Part shown: one piece after another, positions 37,299 to 48,314 of the stretch
Numbering within the stretch: position 1 is the first letter of the stretch
How the letters are laid out: each line of letters begins with the position of its first letter
From: Zygnema circumcarinatum SAG 698-1b
Taxonomy: Eukaryota; Plantae; Zygnematophyceae
Assembly: GCA_037447605.1 (NCBI GenBank)
Contig: CM074804.1
Span: 1,488,001 to 1,552,000 of the forward strand
Length of the DNA: 64,000 nt
Direction: 5' to 3'
Translations under genes and position numbers: made by a program
The notes under the pieces: model-generated
Seen by the model: only the letters and a program-made list of their open reading frames with translations
What the model was told of the DNA's origin: nothing
Database searches by the model: none

Positions 37299-39284
37299 GG
37301 AGGGCGGAACAAGAGTGGTCCCACCTTCACTGTGCTCGAACGGAAAGTAGAAAAAAAGACGCATGGGAATTGGAAGCTGCTCATCGAAGCCTCGCTCGAG
37401 GGCTCTGCGCATCACAAATGACAGAAATAAAGATGGGAGAGAGAGAGAGGAGGAGTGAGGGTGGAGAGGACAGGAGAAGCAGGGAGAGACAAAGGAGCGA
37501 TGGGAGAGGGAGGAAAAGAGGAATGAAGAGATTGAGGGCGGAGGGGAATGGGGAAAGGAAAAGGAGGACGAAGAAAGATTGGGAAGACGGAAGTAAGATT
37601 GGAAAGATTGAGAGTAGAGGGGAGTGAGAGAGAGAGTCAGGAATAAAGGGGAGAAAGAGGGAGGGGAGAGTGGGTGGAGCTGGGTAGAGGAACAGGGAAG
37701 ACAAGGAGGATGAGAGAAGAGGGAAAAGTAGGAGAGGGGGGGAGGAACGGAGAAGGAACCGATAACAGTAGAAGGAAGGAGGAAAAAATAGAAGTGAAAA
37801 ATGGAGAAAGGGAGCAAGATATAGGGCAGACAAGAGAGACACAGGGGGAAAGGGACATAGGGGAACAGTGAGAGAGAAGGGGCGAGAGAGAGAGGGAGTG
37901 AGAGAGAGAGAGGCGCTATACCTCCTTGCGATATCTCTCGCCACGTGATCCTGCTCAACAAAACGATCCCTTTAACATATTTCTAAAAAAAAAGACAATC
38001 TTTTCCACATCCAAGTTTTTTTTAAGGATGCTTACAACAAAAAAACTTCAAATTTTAAGAAAGAGGCGAAGAGAAGAAATGAAAAAAGCTTTTTTTCAGA
38101 AGACAATGTAACCCAATATCCAATAGAAGACAAAATCTAATTAAAGGAAAAACATATAACGAAAAATAGAAAATAAGTCGACTTTCCATAAATAAAAAAG
38201 AATTGGGGCAGAAAATAGCGACAGAAAAACCCACCCTAGAAAAAGCCTCCCCGGAATCCCGGAAGCTGTTCCGTGTGAACTGGTCGAGCAGGACGACCAA
38301 TGAGAGCGCGCCACGTGGCGTCTCCTCCCAGGCCGCCAGCTCACCCCGTCCGGCCTTCAAAATTAGGTCTAAAAATTTCGCCCTTATAATGTTGTCAATT
38401 TCGGGCCCTCCGGAAAACCAAGTTTGCTGTTTGCTTAGCTGCTGCTCCGGCGAGGCGGCTCCCTGAATTTTTCTTTTCACAACATGAAAAAAAAAAAATG
38501 AATTGAAATTCAATTAGAATTAAGAAGGTATAACACATATATGTGAGGGTGTATTTTAAAAGAGAATTTACTTAATAAAAAATGAAAATTTCGATGAAGA
38601 AAGTGATTTTCTCTCTAAAGACGTCAAATTTCCTGACATGTCTAAGTGGCTTGAATCCTAAAACCCTAAAATCTCTCAAAGTTCGAAAACCATCCAACCC
38701 CAAAAACCACTACATCCCTGAACCCCGTAAAACTCTAACACCATAAAATATTAAAAGACTAAAGCCCTAAAACCCCAAATCCTTAAATTTTTAAATCCTA
38801 AAAGATAAGGGCGGGGGGGGGGGGGTTAAACAGGATATTTAAAAAAAATAGGGTTTCAAGGGTTTCTAGAGTTTTAGGGTTATTGAGGTTTCTAGATTGT
38901 TTGGAGTCTTTGGGGTTTAGGGTTTTAGGGTTTTATCAGGTTTCTAGATATTTCTAGGGTTTAAGCTGTAAATAAAGCGTTTAGGGTTTGAGGGTTCAGG
39001 GTTGCCTTTTCCCATGCCCATCCTCATTCCGAACCTTTCCCAGACCTAATCCAAACCGGTTTTTTTTTTAAACCCCAAAACCCAAAAGTGAGAACCTGAC
39101 CCAGACTGATTCCGAAACCATTCCGGACCTGTCCCGAACCTGATCCGTCCGTCCGTACCTCGTATCCGGGCACGGCCCACGGCCCGAACCAAAAGTCAAG
39201 GACGGCCGCGATGCCGTCCGATTCGCCCACCGACATTTCGTCCTTTTCAAAAACGCCAACCTCCGCCGAACCTCCGTCCGCCAT
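35934..39284 (-). CDS. DUF924 family protein, 5 exons
   Basis: [45 protein letters not shown]|DLADQDRSV and [24 protein letters not shown]. Confidence 0.9.
36232..37135. repeat. About 900-bp almost pure G/A (GGA/GGGA) degenerate array with higher-order repeats in the last DUF924 intron
   Basis: Nearly no C and few T on the + strand. The unit GAGGAGGGAGAAGGAGGAGGGAGGGGAGAGGAAGAGGGAGGTGGGAGG recurs. Confidence 0.92.
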
Positions 39285-40241
39285 GGCCGCCCGGTCGACG
39301 CCGCTGGATCTAAATCTGAAATTACTTCTCTCCGAAAAAAAATTTAAAAAATAAATTTGAGAAAATTTGGAGACGGAGGGAAGCAGCAGCCTCCTTTTGC
39401 CAAGTCTCACCCCCTCGCGTTCTATGTCCTCCGTTCCGTTCCCAGTTGGGCCGCAGTCGAGTCCGCATGTGAACAACGCTCCGACGGTAAACGGGCGCGC
39501 ATGTGTCCTGAGAAGGTATGTCGGCGCGCATATGTAGCGGCTGCTGCAGGCGTATGTCGCCGGGGCCGACATCACTCTCCAGAACGCCATTCAACAAAAC
39601 AAAGCTTCTGCGGATTTTTTTATTTTTTCGAAGGGCGAACGAGCCATTAGAGGGCAGATGCCACGTGTCGCGCAGGAAACGCAGGAGAGTTTCACGTGGC
39701 AGTGGGAGGACTAACGGCACAATCGACAGTCCACGTGTCGAGGACTGACTGGCGGATGGTGACGCGATTTGAAGGAGTGGGAAGTTTCGCGGAAGATGTG
39801 AGTTCGTCTGTGTACGGACGCGTACGGAAAGAGCCTTTGAATGCTTTTGTCGACTCGGGGGTGTCGGACTTTATCGAGCAATACAGTACCGTACCTCTTG
39901 TGAGAAGGTACTTTATCGAGAGATAAACGGCGCGAACCCTATTTTGAGCAGGTGAGAGATATATCGCGATACGATGGGGCCCGCAGGCGGCAACGCTGAC
40001 GTCACCCGCTGCCGCTGTTAGTCCTGTAGAACGCGCCTGGTTTGTGTTTAGAAGAGGGAGGAGGGTGTCGGGGGATTTACTTTTTTAAGAGGCTGAGGAG
40101 GGCGGGAGAATGGGGGGAAGAGGGAGGAGGGGGGACTAGTGAGAGAGAGGTGAAGAGTGATTGACAGAGAGAGAGAGAGAGAGTGTGAGTGAGAGAACCT
40201 TTCTGAGGGCCTATCGTGGAGTTTTACGGTGGATGTGACAA

Positions 40242-43200
40242 ATGGCATCTTCTCATTCGCCAAGCGAAGACCAAAGTAAGTCTGCATTCACTCCACTTCC
40301 CCCTCCCCCTCCCCCTCCCCNNNNNNNNNNCCCTCCCCCTCCCCCTCATAAATTCTGTGGAGGTTTCTTTCAGACCGGAAATTAGAAAGCGGTGTCACGT
40401 CACGGGGCCGTCAAGGGAGGTCCATTTGTCCTCAGGCTGGCTTTTGGAATTTGGGCAGGGGCGAAATTTATTTCAGACCTGCCCCTCTTCCGAGGAGTGG
40501 CTGGGGGCGCTCTGAAGGAGATTGCTAAAGCCCTCCAAGTGAAAGACTATGGTGAGAAAATTACGTTATAGAGGTGGGGGAGAGAACGAGAGGGGAAGGG
40601 GGGAGCGGAAGGGGAGGGAGAGAGAGAGAGGATGGGGGGAGTGGTAGGGGAGGGAGTTCGAGAGAGAGGAAGGGGAGGCGCGGTAGGGGAGGAGGTGAGA
40701 GTGTGAGGATGAAGGGAGCGGTGAGGGAGGGAGAGAGGACGAGAGAAGGAGAGCGACAGGACACGTGGGAGGAGAGCGAGATAGAGGGAGAGAGAGAGAG
40801 AATCGCAAGCCATGGACAGTAGACCACTGTTCAACCTTGTTTCATACTTGTGTTTATTCGTTTGTTCGTGTGTTTCTTTATATAATCATTTATTAAGTTC
40901 AAGTTTTTTTCGTTACGTATTTCTTTTCTTAGTTGTTTCTTTTTCTTTATTTTTTAGAAATTGGCGAGCAAGTGGTGAAAGATGGGTCCGAAGGCGACGG
41001 ACTTTATCTCGTGTGGCGGGGCAAGGTCAGGTCCAAAAGCTTTTTTTGGCCCAATTTTGAAATTATTTTAGGGGCAGTTTGGGCTGTTAACAGGTTTTTT
41101 TGTTTTTCCAGAGGGGACGGAAGCACAGTCCGGAAATGCCCATATATTTTTTTTTACTTTCTGTTTTTCTTTTTTGTAGTAAGCTTATTTTTATTTTTAT
41201 TTTTAAATATTTTGCTATTTCTCTTTCCCTTTTTCTCTTAAAGTCAGGCTGCTGTTCCGCCGGGCAGCGAAAATGGTTCCGATCGACCGACTCTCATACT
41301 TCACGAAGGCGACTTTTTCGGGCACCGTGAGTAAATTTCAAAACCTGCCCGCTGAATTTTCTTATTTTTCAAAAAATCCATATAGCCTTTCCTTTTACCC
41401 TTCCTATGCTTTTAGGATTCGAAGGGACGCGGTTCCATGAATGGTTGGTTTTCCGTTTCCCGTTGAAAGGCCGTTAAATTGTCATCAGCTATAGAACTGA
41501 AGTAAGAGCTCCGTTAAACTGCTGTTGACGTGCCATGAAACTTTGTTAAACTTTGTTAAAGTTTGTTGAACTTTGTTAAACTTTGTTAAACTTTTTTAAA
41601 CTGTCGTTTAAACTGCAGCAAATGTGGCTCCTCCAAAGGAATTACATCGTGCTGACGTCATCGCATTCAGTCCGTTGACTTGCTTGATTCTCCGTCACGA
41701 AGACGCGTCGCGATTGGCTGCTCTGATTCCCTGGGCGGCGCTGCCGGCCAATGAGGAGGAGCCACCTGTCATCGAAAAGATTCTGCAGCTCGAGAACTTG
41801 GAGGTGGGCCCCACCACACAAAGTGATGTCGCCGATGTCGTGTGCATCACCCTGAGCGTGATGTCACTTTGTCATTTCGGTTTTCTCGTCTAAACTGGTT
41901 TTTTGATAGGTCCTTTTTTTGGGGAGGGGGGCCACTGGGATGGTGCCAGGTTGACCTCACACGTGCGATCACTCCTGAGGAGGGGAACTTATACGCACGC
42001 GTGTTCGGTGGGCAGTTGCTCGGGCAGGTCCGGCCCTCATACAAAAAAAAAAAAAAAAAAAAAAGGGGGGGGGGGNNNNNNNNNNAAAAAAAAAAAAAAA
42101 AAAAAAAGGGGGGGGGGGAGAACTATTCCCTTTTATTAAAAGAGGAATTTCGTGATGAAAAACGTGAGCAACATTGAATTCTAATTTTGATGACATTTTT
42201 GCTTAATTTGGGCGGGCAGGCACTCGCGACTGCTTGCCGGTCCGTGGACCAATCGTTGGCGGTGCACAGCCTGCACTCGTACTTCCTCGTGGCGGGGGAC
42301 CCAAAAGGTAAATAAAATTATTGATTTGGAATCATGGGGTATGGAGGGAAAACGTATTGGAGTGATGTTGGGCATGCATGCATGGAGTGATGTTGGCAGT
42401 GCCCATCGTGTACCGAGTGAAGCGCACGCGTGACGGAACGTCCTTCGCAGTGCGACACGTGGCGGCGCTGCAGAAGGGCCGGACCATCTACAGCCTGCAC
42501 GCCTCCTTCCAGGTGCAAACCCCTCCAAAACCCCATCATCCATTTTCTAAAATATACATCTTCCTCCTCGCCCTTCCCCCTTCCCTTTTCCCCCCCTTTC
42601 TCTCCCTCTCTCTCTCTCACTCTCTCTCTTCCCCTCTTTCCCCCCCCTCCCTCCCTCTCTCTCACTCTCTCTTCCCCTCTTTCTTTCCCCCTCTCTTTCC
42701 CCCTCCTCACTTTCTCTCACTCGCTCCCCCTTTCTCCCCCCCTCTCTCTCACACTCTCTCTCTCTCTGACTCTCTCTCTCTCTCTCTCTGTCTCCCTCTC
42801 TCTCAGAGACCGGAGGAGGGGCTGGAACACCAAACAGCCATGCCAAAGGGCTGTCCTCCTCCCGAGAGCGTTCCCACGTGGGAAGCCCTCCAACGGCGGT
42901 ACCACTTCGACGGACGCATTCCCATGTCAGTTGCGACAGTTTCAGTTTCAGTGCTCCACTGTTCGATGCACTCAATTTACCGTTATGGAGCACGCACACC
43001 CTATACGTTGCTTCCATTAACTCTCGAAATGCTGCCAAATGGAAGCTGCCCCGCTCTATGCTCCGTTAGGGTTTCGAATAGAACGGCACCGCTAACGGTT
43101 CTGTAGCGCTCTCTGTGAATTGTATTTTCAATTCTCAGGGATATAAGACAACAGTATGTTGGAAGGAAGCTGCGGAAAATGCCAATCGATATACGGTTTT

Positions 43201-45487
43201 GTTCACCAGTGGATCGAGTTCAGCCCGGAAAGAGGGACCCCAGGTGGAGTTCTATGTGAAATTTGAAAGATTTAAATTTGAACGGATTCATGGAAACAGT
43301 TTTGTGGGGGGGGGGGGGGGGGGGGGGGGGGNNNNNNNNNNGGGGTGGGGTGTCTGCTGTTGGCGGTTCAGTTACAGTTTGACGGTGAACGGATTTTGAT
43401 GTTTCCACATGTGAAGGGAGGGAGCAGGCAGCTGGTTTGGATGAAGGCTCGGGGGAGGCTCGGGGATGGGCAGAGCTTGCACTCGTACGGACATGTCCCG
43501 CCTCTCCCTAGGATATGTGGGAGAGAGAGGGGAGGGGGAGAGAGGGAGAGGGAGAGGGAAGAAGTGAGAGTGGGGAGGGAGGGGACAGGGAGGATAGCGT
43601 CGAGGTAGAGATGGAGAGGGAGGGGAGATGGTGAGAGAGGGGAGAGGTGGTGGAGTGAGAGTGAGAAACGAGGAGGGGAGGACAGAGAGAGGAAGGAAAG
43701 GAGGAGAGAGAGAGAGGAAAAAGGTCCAATGCTGGAGAGGGAGCCCAGAGAAAGACGGGAAGAGGAAGGGATTTCAAGGGAAGAGAAAGCAGAAGAGAGA
43801 TAGAAGCAAAGCAGAGGGAGTTTGGGCGGTAGAGGTTGAGAGAGAGACAGAGAGAGAGAGCTGAGTGAGGAGCGTCAGAGGGAGAGCAACAGAGACGAGG
43901 TGGGAAAAGGGAACGGCAATTTCAAACTTCTTATAGTAAATGTACTTTCCTTATTAGTCTATCCTCTGCTTATTTTTCCACTCCCACCCCACCCCCTACC
44001 TCCCCACTTACTTTTTTTATTCGCTCTTGTCGTCCTTCTTCCCTTCCTTTTTCCTTTCTTCCTCTCCCCCTTCCCCCCCCCCCCTTTTCTCTCACTCATT
44101 TTGAAGGGAAGTGCAGCTGTGTATTGGCATATGCCTCCGACTTCACATTTTTAGAAACTGCGTTACTTCCACATGGAATCAGTTCTCCCAACCCCTCCAT
44201 GGTCATGGCGAGCCTCGATCACTGGTGGGCTCCCTCCCTCCCTCCCTCCCTCCCTCCCTCCCTCCCTCAACCATCTCGACCAATTTATAACACTTATGGT
44301 GCTTAATAGTTAACTTCATTTATTATGGCATAATAGTATGTTAATTTCGTATATGACGACTTCGAACTTTTACTGTTGATGTCCGCATTCAGTGATGAGA
44401 TGTGACGGGACGAGATGTCACGTGTGAAGAGTTTTTTGGGGGGGGGGGGGGGGTGTTCCATGTGCAGCATGTGGTTCCACCGACCGTTCCGTGCTGACGA
44501 GTGGCTGCTCTATGAGGTGCTGCCATGTGGCACCGCTGTTGGCACATAGAACAGGCCTCTAGAGATTCAAGTTTGGAACTGATGACGGAACGAGGGAGGG
44601 GGCTCAAAGTGGTGCAGAGAGGCCTTTAGAGAGTTGTGGTGAAATGAGAATCTCTCCCTCCCTCCCTCTCTCTCTGACTCTCTCACACCCTCTCTCTCCC
44701 TCCCCCACTCCCCCCTCCCCATCCTCTCCCTTCCCGTCCCCCTCACTCTCCTTCTCCCTCTCCCTCTCCCTCTCCTTCTTTCTCTCCCTCTCCCTCTCCC
44801 TCTCCCTCTCCCTCTCCCTCTCCCTCTCCCTCTCCCTCTCCCTCTCCTCTCCCTCTCCCTCTCCCTCTCCTCTCCCTCTCCTCTCCCTCTCCCTCTCTGG
44901 GTGGCAGATTGAATCTCCCCGCTCGTCCGGTTCACGGGGTTTCTGTTTTGGCCGATTTTACACGCGCAGTGGGGAGGTACGCGCGAGGACCAAACCCTAA
45001 CTCAAAAGGAACCAAGGAGAGGGAGAGGGAGAGGGAGAGAGAGGGAGGGAGTTGGGGTGGGAGGTCAGTGGGAGCTGGAGAGAGAGGACGGAAGGTGCAG
45101 GACGAGAGAAAGGTGAATGAGAGGAAAGAGGAGACAGAAAACGAGAGAGGGAGAGAAAGAGGGAGAGAGAAAATGAGGGAGGGAGAGGGAGGGGGATTTT
45201 TTTTTTTTTTAAATCAACTCGATGTCTCTCTTCCCTTCTCTTTTTCTTCACCTTTGGATGTGCAGCTCGTGGTTTCGGTAGCCCAAGAAGGTCTCATTCG
45301 AGTCTCCGGTCGGCCCAGACTCGAAACAAGTACCGCGCACGCCCCCAAGGCACCGCCACCTTCACTGCGTCCCAAGGAAACCGATACTGATTCCGATCTG
45401 AGGCAAAATCCGGCCGAAGGTCTTGTAACAAATACAACAAATGTTGAGGAGGGAGCGATGGGGGGGAGGGCAGTGGCGAAGTTATAG
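40242..45487 (+). CDS. ACH2: Peroxisomal acyl-CoA thioesterase II with an N-terminal cyclic-nucleotide-binding domain (plant ACH2/ACOT8-like), about 14 exons
   Basis: [34 protein letters not shown]|[48 protein letters not shown] and [11 protein letters not shown]-terminal PTS1 AKL*. Confidence 0.93.
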
Positions 45488-46932
45488 GGCCGAAAATATT
45501 TCGGTTTGGGACGCGGTGCAGAGGGGGAGAGGGGAGAGGGGGGAGGGGAGAGGGGAGAGGGGAGAGGAGAGGGGAGAGGGGAGAGGGGAGGGAGAGTGGG
45601 AGAAGGAAGAGGACAGAGGGGAGAGGGGAGTGGGGAGAGGAGAGACGGGAGAGGGAGAGAGAGGAGAGGGGAAAGAGGAGCGGGAGAGAGGGGAGAGGAG
45701 AGGGGAGACGGATTTCACGTGTGCGTGAGGGGGGGTTGAAAATCTGTGAGGCACTGTTCCTTTGAAGGTTGAATAGCAAAAACACACTCGACCTTCAGAG
45801 ATTTTTTTTTTAAGTCATTGGTCAGCCCCTTCTGAACTGAATTCTCGGATCACCGGCCTCCCCCGAACTAGAATCCGCGTTCCGGCCCTGCGGGAGAGGG
45901 CAGCGGGGAGAGAGGGAGTGGGAGAGAGGGGAGAGAGGGAGAGGGAGAGAGGAGAGAGGGGAGAGATGGAGAAGGGAGGGAGAGGGCAGAGAGGATGAGG
46001 GGCAGCGGGAGAGGGGGAGAGGGAGCGGAGAGAGAGGGAGAGCGATCGCTTATAGGGGAAGGAGGAGGCGCGGATGGCGAGGGTGATTCTGTAAATTGTA
46101 AAATAAAATAAAGTCTGAGTCTGAGTCTGAGTCTGAGTCCCCTTTTCCAAGTGCTTGTTCCAAGTATATGTCGCAAATTTATTAAAGTTTAAATGTTGCA
46201 TTTTTCACAAACGTTGCAACTTCAAATTTCACCGGGCCCGCGACGAATGGCAAATTTGGAGAGTTTGAATTCTGAATTTTATTTGATGTTATTCAATGTG
46301 GTGATTGATTACTAAACTTGGCCTGGTTAATGGCGGAATGGATGGCTGGCTAACACCATGACCAAGCCAATGGCTGGACGTCCAATAGTTGGCGGTCCGA
46401 TGGACTGAAGTTGTCCTCAAGACGCCTCCGTACTAGCCAAGTCAGAGAGCCGAGTCAAGTCAAAGCAAGAAGTCAAACATTGGTCAACATACACGACGGC
46501 TGCTGACTACTGGCGGCCAGATCCGTACGTATGAAACGCGTGTATAATAATAGCCCGTATAATACCACATTTTAAACTACAGTGTACTTTATATACATTT
46601 AACGTCTTTTCGTCGTTTTCTTGCTAGTCAGAGATTGATTATAAGAATTGAAGCCTCAGCCGTAAGGCAGCTCTAGAACACCTTATGCTAGTCTCAAAAT
46701 AGTCGTATTGAAAAATAGGTCTACAAAAGCAGTTTCAAGGGGGGCGGTCATGATGGGCCATGTGGTAGTGCTGCTACCTGCAGCGGTGAAGGCATCATGA
46801 GAAGGATGAGAGAAGAAGAGCAACAACAAAATGATGATGAAAACTCTTTATGCACACAACAAAAAAAGCCTCACCTTTTTTCTTCTTCTACTATTTGTAA
46901 TAATCACACCCGAAGAAGAAAAGTGAATATAA

Positions 46933-47232
46933 TGGAACGGTATAAATTGATTGTATGACTTGTGCCAGGAGGTCTACGGTTCGATTCCTGCGGAAGACAG
47001 GGCTCGCCACCTTGTTTCAGAACCTTAGAACTAGTATTTGTGATCCATCCCGAAAACACTGGGATATCCGAGCATGTTGGGCGTGTGGTGAAGGAGCTTG
47101 AACGCAGCTCGTGAAAACCCTTGAAACCCCGAGGACGAGCACGGTTTAGGTAGGGAGGAATGTAACGGGACGGTCTACAGGATTGTATGACCTAGTACCT
47201 ACATCTGCGGTTGCCTTTTAAAGCACAGGTGA
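46933..47232 (+). mobile_element. Older, degenerate copy of the same TRIM family in the opposite orientation
   Basis: Deleted 5' LTR with GGAGGTCTACGGTTCGATTCC, decayed PBS TTGTTTCAGAACC, internal GAAGGAGCTTGAACGCAGCTCGTGAAAACCCTTGA, PPT AGGTAGGGAGGAA, then TGTAAC...CATCTGCGGTTGCCTTTTA. Confidence 0.78.
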
Positions 47233-47270
47233 AGCACAGGGTGAGGCCCGGCCCCCTACAAGGAAAATGG

Positions 47271-48314
47271 CATTGAACTCATGATGGCGAGGCCATCAAA
47301 TGTACATGGACAAAAGCATGATGTGGAACCACGAGGGACTGGTCGCAAAGGACCGAAACACAAAAGAAAGAAGCTAGTGAATCGTGATAATCAAGATGAT
47401 GCTACAATTATTGAGATGAATCTGGTCAAGAATATCGTCATCAACGGCAGCACCCGAGGTGTCACCGAAGAGTGCACTATCGGGCATGCATGAGGTTTGC
47501 ATCGGCCAACAACCCATCGAAGTCCATGGAGCTAAACAACACTTCGTCGTCAAAGTTTTCATCGTCATGGGCGTCATTGCCATCAGCTCCTAGTTCAAAC
47601 CCTCGTCTTAAGGCACCCACTTGCTAAACACTCAACAAGTATGACTTGGCCTGTACAGTTTCGTACACCATGTCCGTGCGACTGTATGTCCCATTGTACA
47701 GATCCCATTGTATCTCTGTAACAAACCTGCCCACTGCAAGGTTCGAACACAGGACCTCCCGATACCCACACCGGTGCTTTACCATGAAAAGGCAACCGCG
47801 GATGTTAAGTACTAGGCTATACAACACATATATAGCGTTTCGCTACATTCCTCCCCACCTAAACCGGGCTCGTCCTCGAGCGCACTCAAGGGTTTTCACG
47901 AGCAGCGTTCAAGCTCCTTCAACACATGGACTACGGCCTTAGCCCCTCAGGCCACTAAGGAACGGGTTCCCGTACCATGCTCAGAGATCACGGTGTTTTT
48001 AGGGTGGATTACAAATACCGGGCACTAGGCTCTGATACCAATGTAACAAACCTGCCCACTGCAAGGTTCGAACACAAGACCTCCCGGTACCCACACCAGT
48101 GCTTTACCATTAAAAGGCAACCGCAGATGTAAGTACTAGGCTATACAACACATTTATAGCGTTTCGCTACAATCTCTCTGTATTGAACCTCAAGATTGAA
48201 GGAAATTTCATTGAACTCACGATGGCGAGGCCATCAAATGTACATGGACAAAAGCATGATGTGGAACCACAAGGGACTGGTCGCAAAGGACCTAAGCACA
48301 ATAGAACGAAGCTA
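47271..48314 (+). repeat. About 105-bp direct repeat (47271-47378 and 48208-48314) in the sequence that hosts the TRIM
   Basis: CATTGAACTCAYGATGGCGAGGCCATCAAATGTACATGGACAAAAGCATGATGTGGAACCAC...GAAGCTA occurs twice. Confidence 0.85.
47717..48171 (-). mobile_element. Intact TRIM (terminal-repeat retrotransposon in miniature), 455 bp, with tRNA-like LTRs
   Basis: LTRs at 48171-48042 and 47847-47717 (TG..CA, 6 substitutions plus 1 indel). PBS TGGTATCAGAGC (tRNA-iMet) at 48040-48029. PPT AGGTGGGGAGGAA at 47860-47848. 5-bp TSD ATCTC. Confidence 0.96.

Noticed and set aside
35873-37961. Proline-rich extensin-like ORFs of 503 and 675 aa and Gly/Glu-rich antisense ORFs
   Set aside because: They run through the GGA-rich DUF924 intron. 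The flanking DUF924 exons join in phase without it.
42040-42120. Duplicated A-run/G-run motif around a gap
   Set aside because: This is a homopolymer assembly artefact. The other gaps (22528, 40321, 43332, 51413) also lie in G/C-rich or low-complexity runs.
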